From: Psilocybe cubensis
Taxonomy: Eukaryota
DNA: 64,000 nt
Assembly: GCA_017499595.2 (NCBI GenBank)
Contig: CM039002.1
Span: forward strand, 2,294,001-2,358,000
Reading direction: 5' to 3'
The translations under genes and the position numbers were made by a program. This document shows positions 37,101-46,435 of this stretch, in pieces. Positions within the stretch are counted from its first letter, which is position 1; each line of letters opens with the position of its first letter. Under the pieces are notes generated by a model. That model saw only the letters and a program-made list of their open reading frames with translations. It was not told the DNA's origin and ran no database searches.

Positions 37101-40100
37101 CACAATCTTTCTTCTAAGATCTTTGTCCTTGGGAACATACACCTTCCCCCTATAGAGAATAAGACCTTGTTCTTCTGACCATTCCTGTCCTTCAATCTTC
37201 TTGGTTGAAGATTTCTTGAGCTCCTGAACTGCCTTGACCACCTTTTCATCCATCTCCTTAGCTTCTCTAATCTTCTTAAGAAGATCATTTTCTGCACCAG
37301 TAATGGTAGCATGACCCTGCTTGAGAGCCTGGATTTTAAAGTAGGAAGGTTTGAGGAGAACTACATTTTGGTTATCATTCTCCCCCTTTTTATGATCTGG
37401 TCTCCTAGACAAAGCATCTGGCTTAAGAGATCTTTTACCAGGCCTATGATGAAGAGTAAAATCAAATCTGGACAGGAAGAGTGACCATCTGGCTTGCCTT
37501 CTACTAAGCTTTTGGGCAACCATAAAGTACTCTAAGTTTTTGTGGTCTGTCCAAATCTCAAAGGAATGTTGGGTTCCTTCAAGATAATGTCTCCATTCAT
37601 CTAGTGCTCTGATAATAGCCAGCATCTCTTTGTCATGGATCTCATAATTCCTTTCTACTTCAGATAGACTCTTAGACATAAAGGCTACAGGATGCCATTT
37701 CCCATCTGATCCTTCCTGAGATAAAACAGCCCCAGTAGCATAATCTGAACTGTCTGCTTCAACTTTATATGGCTTGTTATCATCAGGGAAAATCAAGACA
37801 GGTGAAGAAGTGACTTTCTTCTTTAATTGGTCAAAGGCTTCCTGCTGTCTAAGACTCCATCTCCAGACTGTTCCTTTCTTTATCAATTCATGAAGGGGCT
37901 TAGCAATGTCTGCAAAATCCTCTATGAACCTTCTATAAAAATTAACAAATCCCAAGAATGATTGGACATCCTTGACATTTTCAGGTTCAGGCCATTTAGA
38001 AACTCCCTCTACCTTGACAGGATCCATCTCAATCCTGCCTTGTGAAATGATTAGTCCAAGATATTCAATCTTTTCCTTTTCAAATTCACATTTCTCTGCT
38101 TTAAGGTAGAGTTTGTTCTGTTCTAGGATTTGAAGAACTTGCTTGACTACCTCTCTATGATGATCAAGAGTCTCAGTGAAAATTAAAATGTCATCCATGT
38201 AGACAATGACAACATTTCCATCAATGAGCTCAATAAAGATATCATTCATCATAGTTTGGAAGGTAGCAGGACTATTGGTTAAACCAAAGAACATGACCAA
38301 TGGTTCAAACAGCCCTCTATTGGTTCTAAAGGCTGCTTTCCATTCATCTCCCTTTTTGATTCTGACATTGTTAAATCCCCACCTAACATCAAGTTTGGTG
38401 AAGTATTTGGCTTTGCTGAGTTTGGTGATGATGTCAGAAATCAATGGAAGGGGGTAGGAGTTCTTGATGGTCATTTCATTCAGTTTCCTATAGTCCTGGA
38501 CAAGCCTAAGAGATCCATCCTTCTTCTTGACAAAGAATACAGGGGAGGCCATAGGTGACTTGGAGGGTCTAATCCTGCCAGACTTCAGATTTTCCTCTAA
38601 AAAGGCATCAAGTTCCTTTTGTTCATTGGGAGAAAGAGGATAAATCTTGGATCTGTAAGGTTCAGAACCAGGTTTCAGCTCAATAGCATGATCCCAAGGC
38701 TTTCTGTCTGGTAGCCTATCAAAAGATTCCTTTGAAAAAACACCTTTAAACTGATGATAGTGCTTAGGAACAGTTTCTTCAAAGGTTTTCTTAGGGGAAT
38801 CAGCTTGCTGATGAGACTCTTCTGCTAATCTTTGTGACATAGTAGAAGTAGCATTAATAGACTGCTTCTGAGGATGAAGGTATGAGATAAAAATTCTATC
38901 CTCAGGCTCAATCTCAGAATTAGAAGAATCTTCAATAGAATCATCTTCTTCTTCATCAAATTGAGGGAGTTTCCTCCTTTTGACTGCAGCTATTCTCTGC
39001 CTCTTTCTTCTGGCTCTTTTGGCTTCCATTTGGCAGTCAGAGGGACATCTAATAAACTGGACATCCCCTGTCTTCCAATCAACATCTGGATTATGGTGCC
39101 AAAGCCAAGTATGTCCAATGATAGCAGATTTGTCTCCCAAGTCACAAACAGCAAAGGTGGCCCTTTCTGTATGGTTTTTGTGTACCATAATTAAGTCTAC
39201 TTCCTCATGGATAGAGCCACTCTTGTTGAGAGTACCATCAACATTATAGACTGGAATGGCTCTAGGAAGTTTCCTTGTGTTGAGATTATGATACTTCACA
39301 AAACCAGAATGCAGAAAGAGGCCAGTAGCTCCAGAATCAAGCAAAGCATCAACAGATAACCTTTTCTCTGTGTCCATTGTCTTTAAGATGACAGACAAAT
39401 GGGTAGAGGTTTTAGGATTATGGTTGAGGATGTAGATCTTTTCAGGGAAGGTAGAAAGAGAGGAAGAAGAAGACATGATTTCTGCACCAGAATCTGAAGA
39501 CTGAGGATCAAGTCTGTCAATTTCATTTTCTAGTACATTAAATCTATTCCATTGGGACATGTCTTTCACCAATGGTGCTTCTAAAAATTTTTCTTTTCCT
39601 CATCTTTCTGCTCCTTGCCTTCCAAGATTAATTTCCCAAAGTAGTCAGCCAGTTCTTCATGGGTCATAGCATTGATGTTAACTGATGACCTGCAGTTTAC
39701 AGCCTTATGACCAGGCTTTCTGCACTTGAAGCAAACAATTGGCCTAATTGACTTCCATCCAGAGTCAACCTCCATGGGAACTACATCTGGTTGCTTTGCC
39801 TGAGCACCAAAGGTCCTTGAGCTGCTGTTGGAAAAGACTGGAGGATTTGGAGTAGGCTTAGGAACAGCCTTGGGAGTTGGGGCTTTAAGGAAGGGAGAAG
39901 AAGAGGAGGAGGAAAGAGACTTGGTAAAGGCCTCACTCTGTCTCCACTGCCTATCTAGCCTAGTACTCCATTTAATCCATCCATCCAAGGTTTTGGGCAT
40001 GTCAGGAACATAGTAGACTGCATTCCTGAGATTTTCATTAAGCCCAGCCTTGAATTGGTCTACCAAAGCAGCATCATTATACCCAGTATCTGAGATCAGA

Positions 40101-41690
40101 GCCCTGAAGCTAGCAACATACTCATCAGCAGTCTGTCTGCCTTGCTTGAGCATGTGCATTTTATGCTTAGCTGTGTTGGAGGGGTCTGGATCTGCAAACA
40201 CTTCCCTAAATTCATAAACAAAGTCAGCCCAAAGACCTTCTTGGGACTGAGCATTGTCTATTACTTTAGTCTTCTCATATGCCCACTTCCCAGCAGTACC
40301 TCCTTTCATATGAGATAGAGCACAAATAACTTTCTGAAAGTCATCTGTAATCCCTTTCCCATAGAAATATAATTTAAGCTGACTGAGGAAGTTTTCTGCC
40401 TTCTCCATAGAACCATCAAATGGATCTGGAGGTGAGACTTTAATGGCAGAGTGTGAACAGGAAGGGGCAACATGAGGGGTAGGGAAAGAGTGAATATCTA
40501 GAGCAGCAGGTGGTGGTGGTGGTGGTGGTGATGGTGACTGACTGACTGGTTGCTGAGGGTGTGGTGGAGTGGATAATGACTGCTGCTGCTGTCTAAGAAA
40601 ATTCAACTCTTGGGTAAGGAGCTGGACCTGATGCATGAGCTCTTCCACAGAAGGAGTGGTGGGAGGCAATTGGGAGGGGTCCATGTCCATGGGTAGGGGT
40701 AGGTAGGCTCTCTGATGTGTGTGTGGGAGAAGCTATCTACTGAAAGTGCCCTTGAAACTATACTAAGTATTCTAAAAAAAATATCTATCTACTGGATACC
40801 CAGTTGTCACACCACTCAGGGCTCTAAACCTAGGATCACAGGGTTACTGGATATTTCCTAGACCACCAAAAACAGAACACTAGTAGGACTGTGTCTGCCC
40901 CAACAGTTGGTATCCCTATCTACTAAGTTCACACACAGCACACAACAGAGAGTAGGAAAGATGATGAGCCAAAGGTCTTGAGGAAAGGTCTTGAGGAAAG
41001 GTTTTGAGGAGGATGTTGAAGATTGGTGGAGATGTAGAGATTGGTAAGAAGGTTGGTGAAGAGGTTGATGAAGAGGTTGGTGGGTTGGAAGTGGAGGAAG
41101 AAGGTTGAGGTAATGGTGTTGAAGAGGTTGAAGAGGTGAAGAGTTTGGTGTTGAAAGAGAGATGGTGGAGTTGTCTTGAGAGAGCTTCAATCTTCTGTCA
41201 GGGCAACACTATAATCAGTGTGACAAGGCCACCAACAAAGATTAAGCAAGAGAGAGAGAGAGAGAGCAGAGAGAGAGTAAGAGAGCAAAGAGAGAATAAG
41301 AGAGTGAGAGAGATTCAATGGTTCTAAGAGATCACACCAATGATAGTGGATATCCTAAGAGATTGAAGCTGAAGCTACAGCTACCTACAAGTCCAGTATT
41401 TATACTCTACAGCTATTCTAGAATATTCCCTACATTACATCATAAAGGAAGGTTAAAGAATAAAAGTGACATCATATAGAAAAAGAATGAGTAAGACTAG
41501 GAATCATATAGAATTTACTAGAAAGAAGTGGAACAAGAAGGCTGTGATGAAAGAAATAAACTATCTAATCAGATAATTGATAAGATAATGAAAGGATAAG
41601 ATAATTCTGTGAAGATAAAGAGGGGAAACTGGAGAAACCCTGACAGAAGCAGAGTGGGGTCGCCTCGCCTCAATACTCAGCAATTTGTAA
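34139..41690 (+). CDS. Rhodopsin-domain (PTH11-like) membrane protein, paralogue 2; last exon split by the LTR retrotransposon
   Basis: MINHG|LVLLHVFLVLATVERLVDRRLHIWVWWDDFLALIVV..., Cys-rich loop CVVQTACPTNTTVCLC. Without the insertion the C-terminus reads DPPAEAEWGRLASILSNL* (TAA 41688-41690). Confidence 0.65.
35253..35702 (-). repeat. 3' LTR
   Basis: 450 bp, 8-bp terminal inverted repeat, apparently identical to 41196-41645. Confidence 0.97.
35703..35716 (-). other. Polypurine tract overlapping the pol stop codon
   Basis: Minus strand TAGAGAGGGGGTGA lies immediately before the 3' LTR and encodes ERG*. Confidence 0.8.
35703..39590 (-). CDS. pol: Pol polyprotein: protease, RT, RNase H, integrase, chromodomain
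   Basis: LLDSGAT protease; YMDDILI RT; ADSSDYATGAVL RNase H; HH...GH...C..C zinc finger plus DDE integrase and GPY motif; WEVEFI...YLVKWKNY...TWEP chromodomain. Confidence 0.98.
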   Translation of the reverse strand, partial: KFLEAPLVKDMSQWNRFNVLENEIDRLDPQSSDSGAEIMSSSSSLSTFPEKIYILNHNPKTSTHLSVILKTMDTEKRLSVDALLDSGATGLFLHSGFVKYHNLNTRKLPRAIPVYNVDGTLNKSGSIHEEVDLIMVHKNHTERATFAVCDLGDKSAIIGHTWLWHHNPDVDWKTGDVQFIRCPSDCQMEAKRARRKRQRIAAVKRRKLPQFDEEEDDSIEDSSNSEIEPEDRIFISYLHPQKQSINATSTMSQRLAEESHQQADSPKKTFEETVPKHYHQFKGVFSKESFDRLPDRKPWDHAIELKPGSEPYRSKIYPLSPNEQKELDAFLEENLKSGRIRPSKSPMASPVFFVKKKDGSLRLVQDYRKLNEMTIKNSYPLPLISDIITKLSKAKYFTKLDVRWGFNNVRIKKGDEWKAAFRTNRGLFEPLVMFFGLTNSPATFQTMMNDIFIELIDGNVVIVYMDDILIFTETLDHHREVVKQVLQILEQNKLYLKAEKCEFEKEKIEYLGLIISQGRIEMDPVKVEGVSKWPEPENVKDVQSFLGFVNFYRRFIEDFADIAKPLHELIKKGTVWRWSLRQQEAFDQLKKKVTSSPVLIFPDDNKPYKVEADSSDYATGAVLSQEGSDGKWHPVAFMSKSLSEVERNYEIHDKEMLAIIRALDEWRHYLEGTQHSFEIWTDHKNLEYFMVAQKLSRRQARWSLFLSRFDFTLHHRPGKRSLKPDALSRRPDHKKGENDNQNVVLLKPSYFKIQALKQGHATITGAENDLLKKIREAKEMDEKVVKAVQELKKSSTKKIEGQEWSEEQGLILYRGKVYVPKDKDLRRKIVELHHDAFIAGHPGKWKTIELVSRNYWWPGMSHFIAAYTRGCDRCNRTKTFPAKPLGLLIPTEIPSDVWQCISVDFIMGLPECQGYNAIMVVVDRLSKMIHIIPTTDEVTSEGTARLYRDYVWKHHGLPIKILCDRGPQFVSRFMKELNSILGIQTASSTAYHPQTDGQTERVNQEIEQYLRLFINHRQDDWVEWLALAEFSYNNRVQASTRQTPFMLNNGRHPRMGTEPLRDSKMDTVDTFVKNMEEARKEAESALRKAADDMAKFYNRHRGTPTQYKVGDLVWLDGKDLKTDRPSKKLNDKRYGPYKITKVISPNAYELKLPSTMKIHPVFNVVKLLPYHPDIVGRKPPSRPPPVIQGENPEWEVEFIKDSRLFRNKLQYLVKWKNYPNEECTWEPAEHLKNASKAIKDFHAKHPSAPRRISAVTFDRLSFTPIINFTEPPPLLKPSKLTHPCAHCGKCALERG
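39581..40690 (-). CDS. gag: Gag with CCHC zinc knuckle
   Basis: PDPFDG, LKQGRQTADEY, PMEVD and CFKCRKPGHKAVNC motifs. Confidence 0.95.
   Translation of the reverse strand: MDMDPSQLPPTTPSVEELMHQVQLLTQELNFLRQQQQSLSTPPHPQQPVSQSPSPPPPPPPAALDIHSFPTPHVAPSCSHSAIKVSPPDPFDGSMEKAENFLSQLKLYFYGKGITDDFQKVICALSHMKGGTAGKWAYEKTKVIDNAQSQEGLWADFVYEFREVFADPDPSNTAKHKMHMLKQGRQTADEYVASFRALISDTGYNDAALVDQFKAGLNENLRNAVYYVPDMPKTLDGWIKWSTRLDRQWRQSEAFTKSLSSSSSSPFLKAPTPKAVPKPTPNPPVFSNSSSRTFGAQAKQPDVVPMEVDSGWKSIRPIVCFKCRKPGHKAVNCRSSVNINAMTHEELADYFGKLILEGKEQKDEEKKNF
39584..39590 (-). other. Putative -1 ribosomal frameshift heptamer A AAU UUU
   Basis: Gag ends AAA AAT TTT TAG; a -1 slip gives TTT TTA GAA GCA CCA TTG GTG AAA, which is the pol frame. 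Confidence 0.75.
41183..41193 (-). other. Self-priming-type primer binding site
   Basis: Minus-strand AGATTGAAGCT lies 2 nt after the 5' LTR and is complementary to the LTR's own AGCTTCAATCT (41360-41370), ~26 nt downstream of a TATAAATA box. Confidence 0.75.
41196..41645 (-). repeat. 5' LTR with TATAAATA at 41397-41404
   Basis: 450 bp direct repeat of 35253-35702. Confidence 0.97.
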
Positions 41691-43651
41691 ATGTTGATTT
41701 AGATCCATCAGGTAAATCTCCTCGGATCTTTTCTCTATAATATCCTTTTGGTATTCTTTATTATTCTTGTTTCTTTCTGTTCTTTAGATGTACATATGTT
41801 TTTCTTGCTAGCACCAATAATTGAAATGTTTGCCTGGTATTGGCCATGGAATGACGTGTGACATCACATCGTGACATTTTTTTCTCTGGTGACTTTATTA
41901 TATATATTTTTAGGACAGAAAATTTCGACTCGATGGTTCATGGTTTCATGATCATTCAGTAACCCTACGGGTTGCAACCATCTATCTTTGAGGAAAAGGT
42001 GTGGCATCTCGACTGTGACTATGAGGCGCAACACTGAACACGAAGACACTGTCAACGTACTGTTTGAACTTTGATGGCGCAACATGTGATCCACCTTCAA
42101 GAATCCAAACGGTTTTTCTTCCAACATTCCGCTTAGGATCTGCCTATCTAGGTGAATATACACACTATACTTTAGCCCGCTTCGATTTTCAAGATCTCAA
42201 ACTCCCGAATTTCATTCTCGAATTGGGAAGACTTCTGGCCTGCCTTGACCAGGTATGTTTTTAAATGAGACGCCATGAAAAGGTGACTTGAGCGTCAAAA
42301 GCTTTTTAGCTATGCTTGTTACCACCAATTGTGAACATTCGGCCCCAACATGCACGTAATTTCACGATTCTACGATTTATTTCAGAAAGCACATGTACAT
42401 TTGCCTTTCTGGTGCGCAGCGTTTGCTGTCAGATTTCTTTACCGCCTATGCCTGACTATCCTTAGGTTTCACGTCAAGAATAAGGCTGCAGAGGGGCTTC
42501 GATGGATGGAATCTGGGGGCATCTAGAGTGATGACTGAGAGAGGTTTATATCCTTGTTGCATAAACTGAGTTCTACATTTGCATTGAAGTGCGGATTAAT
42601 TCTTCATCTTGAAGCTTTAGCGCCTGAACTGACCAGCGCGAATTTATATCAAACAGCCGAAAGCGCCATGAGAAACATCTCAAGCTTATAATTTGATTAA
42701 ATATCGCATCGACCCGGACCATCCAGGCAAAGATCGCATGAATTCGGCCCTCAACAGGTCCATTCAGTCGACTTTACCAGAACCTCGTGCATACCACTTG
42801 ACTGCATACCCACTTCCAGGTTTGTAACCGTCCCCTTGAGCGAATCCGCCCTTGACTCAGTCCGGTACCAGAACCCGAGCACACCAGTTAATCTGTGTTT
42901 TTAATCGACCAAAACTATCCCAGCACTTCTACCGCACAAGTTAACTAATATCGAATCAACTAGCCAAGAGCCGTTCTGCTCCTCGATTGGTGCCATAAAT
43001 GTTTTCGAAGTTCCTGTGCTATTGGCCTGGGAAATACAACATATCACAGAAACGGTGCAGTTGTAGCGAGTCATCCACATTATCCACACCCTCTGTAGAA
43101 GGACCTCCAAGAAATGCGCTCAAGCCCCAGCCAGCAATGTCGCCTTTTTTTACAAACACAATGCACTGCAAAGCCTCTCAATCAGCCGTGGGCAGGAGCT
43201 CTGAAGAAATATGGCCAAGCGCCAGCTGAAAATAGCACGACTTAGAGACACAGGTTTTGAGAGCAGTCACTTCCGTCGCTGCAAAAAGCCTCCCATGATT
43301 CTTGGATTTATGCCCGATAGGCCCTCTAGGACTCACTCTGAACAATCCTTACCAATGTGCACTCAAGGTCATGTCGGCGGGAAATAGGTTAGTTCTGTTG
43401 TGCTCTGCAGACCCCTTCAGCTGACCTATTTTATGTCAGTTTTACTCGGTAAAGTGTAATGAAGAATCCCACCTATTAGACGAAGATGATTTGTAGCGCT
43501 TCGGTGATGAAAATCATGGACGCATGCGGATGTGAACGCATGTCACAAAGCAAAGAACGCGGCGTCAACGTGAAAAGCGACTTTACATGTTCCTGACATA
43601 CTCTCACGACGTTGATACACATTCAACAGCGACACACTCTTCTTGTCCACG

Positions 43652-44696
43652 ATGGCCTTACTCTTCGGTACGAGGATTCTGTCTCGTTCATAAGCCACTC
43701 ACACCTCATCACCTTAACAAGCGACTTATGCCTTGTTTTTGTCGGGACATCTTTTGATGATGCTCGTCACTTACACCCGACTGTCCTTCCGGTTCCAGCA
43801 TTCCTTCCTATGGTGGGATGACTTCTTTTCTGTCGTGACTACAGGAGTCAACGCCTACTTTTTTGTACGGACCTATATAACAGGTTGGCCCATTTCTTAT
43901 TTATATGGTTTATCAATCTGCTTATCATACTCATAGTCGTATTCCATCGGACGATTTCTCATAACTATGGCGTTGAACTGGCTCTGGCCTTTGGTTCTGT
44001 CTTGTGAGTTGGGTTCCTCCTTCTTGAGCTATTCACCCAAACACATATCTGTACAGTTTATCGAGGACATGTCTTCTCATGTCTCCTACACGCCTTGAAA
44101 AGGAGCGGCCATTAGCAATAGACAGGGCCAGGGTACTCGCTGCAGCCTTTATAATAGTGGGTGGTGTGATTGCGTTACTTTCCGCCTTTCTCTGTGCTGC
44201 GCAAAACCCATGTGAAGACGTTATATGTGCATGCTTGCCCCCCAAACCCCTTCTAGTCATCGCAATTTCAAGTCAGGAATTCGTGATCTCCTCTGTACAT
44301 ATTACTGATGTACTCTTCTCGACAGTGGAAATCATTTTCGATATATTATTGCTGCACCATAGCTGGGTCTACCTAGGTCATTGGGACACTTTCAAGAAAC
44401 TCAAGCATACCCGTCAGAAAGCAGCATTGATCAGCTCCTGCAGCAATTTGTTGCTGCTTCTGTACAGTGCGATTGCTTTGACTATATACCTGCTTCAAGG
44501 CTTGCAACATCCTCATATCGTTGTATATCTGATTCACCTTTCTGTAAGTCAACATTACCTTTCAGTTGTCCTTGTCTGAAGTTTTGTCATGATAGGCCAT
44601 CTTTTCATCCTTGGTTGCCAACGCTACCGTAGCTGCGGTAATCCCTGGTCTTTTTTCTGGAAGAGCCTTAAGGCCACTGGCGTCTCAGTCAGGTGA
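43652..44696 (+). CDS. Rhodopsin-domain (PTH11-like) membrane protein, paralogue 3
   Basis: LSGHLLMMLVTYTRLSFRFQHSFLWWDDFFSVV..., hydrophobic segments and Cys-rich loop CAAQNPCEDVICAC; 3' end approximate. Confidence 0.6.
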
Positions 44697-44869
44697 TACG
44701 TATGCATAACCTCAGATCAGCTTCCACAGAATCCAGTAACAATAATTCACACCATTTCATCCCACAAAAACGTATATTTTTATTCATGTAAAAGCAGACT
44801 TGGATTGGATCATCAATTTCTCGAGTGCATACAGCTTTATATATGTCGCCCATTATTTTCCACCCCCTT

Positions 44870-46161
44870 CTAATCCGAATTCATTAGCGTCCAAATATAT
44901 GCTGCCTCCATATAAGATCGCTTATGCTTTTTCATAAGAAATGAAACAAAAGAATTTTCGGAATTCCTATTAGCCTGATAGATCTGCGCCAGTACTTGCC
45001 GCGCTGAAGATGTATAGCCGTGCGCATTGAAGTACTGGACGATGGCTTTGCTCAATGGATCAAGAGAAGGGTCTCCTAAGATGGGACTCGAACTTGAGGC
45101 TATGATAACACCGTCTACATCTCGAATATGAGAAAAAATGACTATGACAAACGGACAATGAGTTTAGAACAACGGTCAAAGTAAAATTCGCACATTGGTT
45201 CGGCAAGTTTCCGCTGTCGAGCTGCTCATTGCCTAAAGCTTGCTGGTCTTGGGAAACTAAAGTATGGTTTGATGCTGAAGAGCGGTTGCGTGTAGGCGTG
45301 CTAGGGTGCGATGGCCCAGCTAAAGTCAAAAATATAAGTGGGTCCTGGAAACAGTGCGACGAAGAGATACTTACGATTACTATGGTTTGACGCCGAGGAC
45401 CGGTTACGGGTAGGTGTGCTGGTATTTAGTTGAGGCGCTAAGGTAGAAATAAATGCGCTAGTCTAGATTCCAGAGTCAAGGTAACTTACAACTCAAAGGC
45501 TCCCTATCCCGACTAAATTCGAATCCAGATGGAACTTGAGAACGCAGTAACATGTATATCAAGGCCTCGTGTAGATGCTCTGTGCGTCGGAGAACTGGCG
45601 TAAGACATGTGGACGTGACTGGGTAAACGTCTTCTCTAGAGCAAAATATCAACACTTGACATGGAAAAGTGGCTTGCACTGACCGAAAGTTTCGATAAAT
45701 CAAAGCATGAGAGTTCTCTCCCGCCCAAAGTAAGGGGTAATAAGGCCCTGCCAGTTCTGGTCGTTGGTCTGCATAAGATTTGAAATTCTTGTCGTAGTAT
45801 ATGATTGAAGCAATGATGTTGGGCTCGATATCAAACCCAGCAGCCGCGCCAATTTGAATGTCATCGATAATGTTGTTGAATCCTAAAATCAGGTCTGCCA
45901 TCTTCTCGCTGTCGCAGAGGAAGGCCACAGGCCATTGAGGTTGCTTGAATTTACAGGCTCTATATAGGGACTGAAGGATCCAACCTCTAGTTTCAATAAA
46001 GATTCGGTGTTCAATGAAAGATAAGCTTACTTGCTGGTACGTTTTCCTCTATCCTGATGAGGACCAATAACAGCATACCACTTCTGAGTGACGGGGGGTG
46101 CAGAATGATGACGAGACTTATTTGGAGACGCGGAGGTGTTGAAACTTCCTTTGGATTTCAT
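44870..46161 (-). CDS. Hypothetical protein with RNase H1 N-terminal/viroplasmin-like motifs, directly downstream of the transposase
   Basis: First exon ...QKWYAVIGPHQDRG; later GPYYPLLWAG...LIYRNF...EALIYMLLR; last exon AIVQYFNAHGY...FVSFL...EAAYIWTLM. Confidence 0.5.
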
Positions 46162-46435
46162 CGTCAAGTGAAGATCGGGAAGATCAATCAAACGTCTGGA
46201 CTGTCGCCTTGCATATTATATATTGAGGACAACATTGGACTTCCAGCTGAATTGATAATATAAACCCATTAATCGAAGCATCGCTCTTACCAATTGCAAG
46301 TGGATCATCACTCATCACAGAATACAAAAGGAAGAGGACTTGGCATGGGGAATTAACGAGAAAATTACATGGAAAAACACCAAATGCAGATCTTCGTCCA
46401 GAATCTTCGTCACGATGATTCATCTGAGATTCTAA

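Larger units (their letters stand above)
35253..41645 (-). mobile_element. Full-length Ty3/Gypsy chromovirus LTR retrotransposon (6393 bp)
   Basis: Two 450-bp LTRs (TGTCAGGG...CCCTGACA), 5-bp TSD GAAGC (35248-35252 and 41646-41650), gag and pol intact, PPT next to the 3' LTR. Confidence 0.98.

Noticed and set aside
35856-40013. Antisense ORFs within gag/pol
   Set aside because: Shadow frames of the real retrotransposon ORFs.
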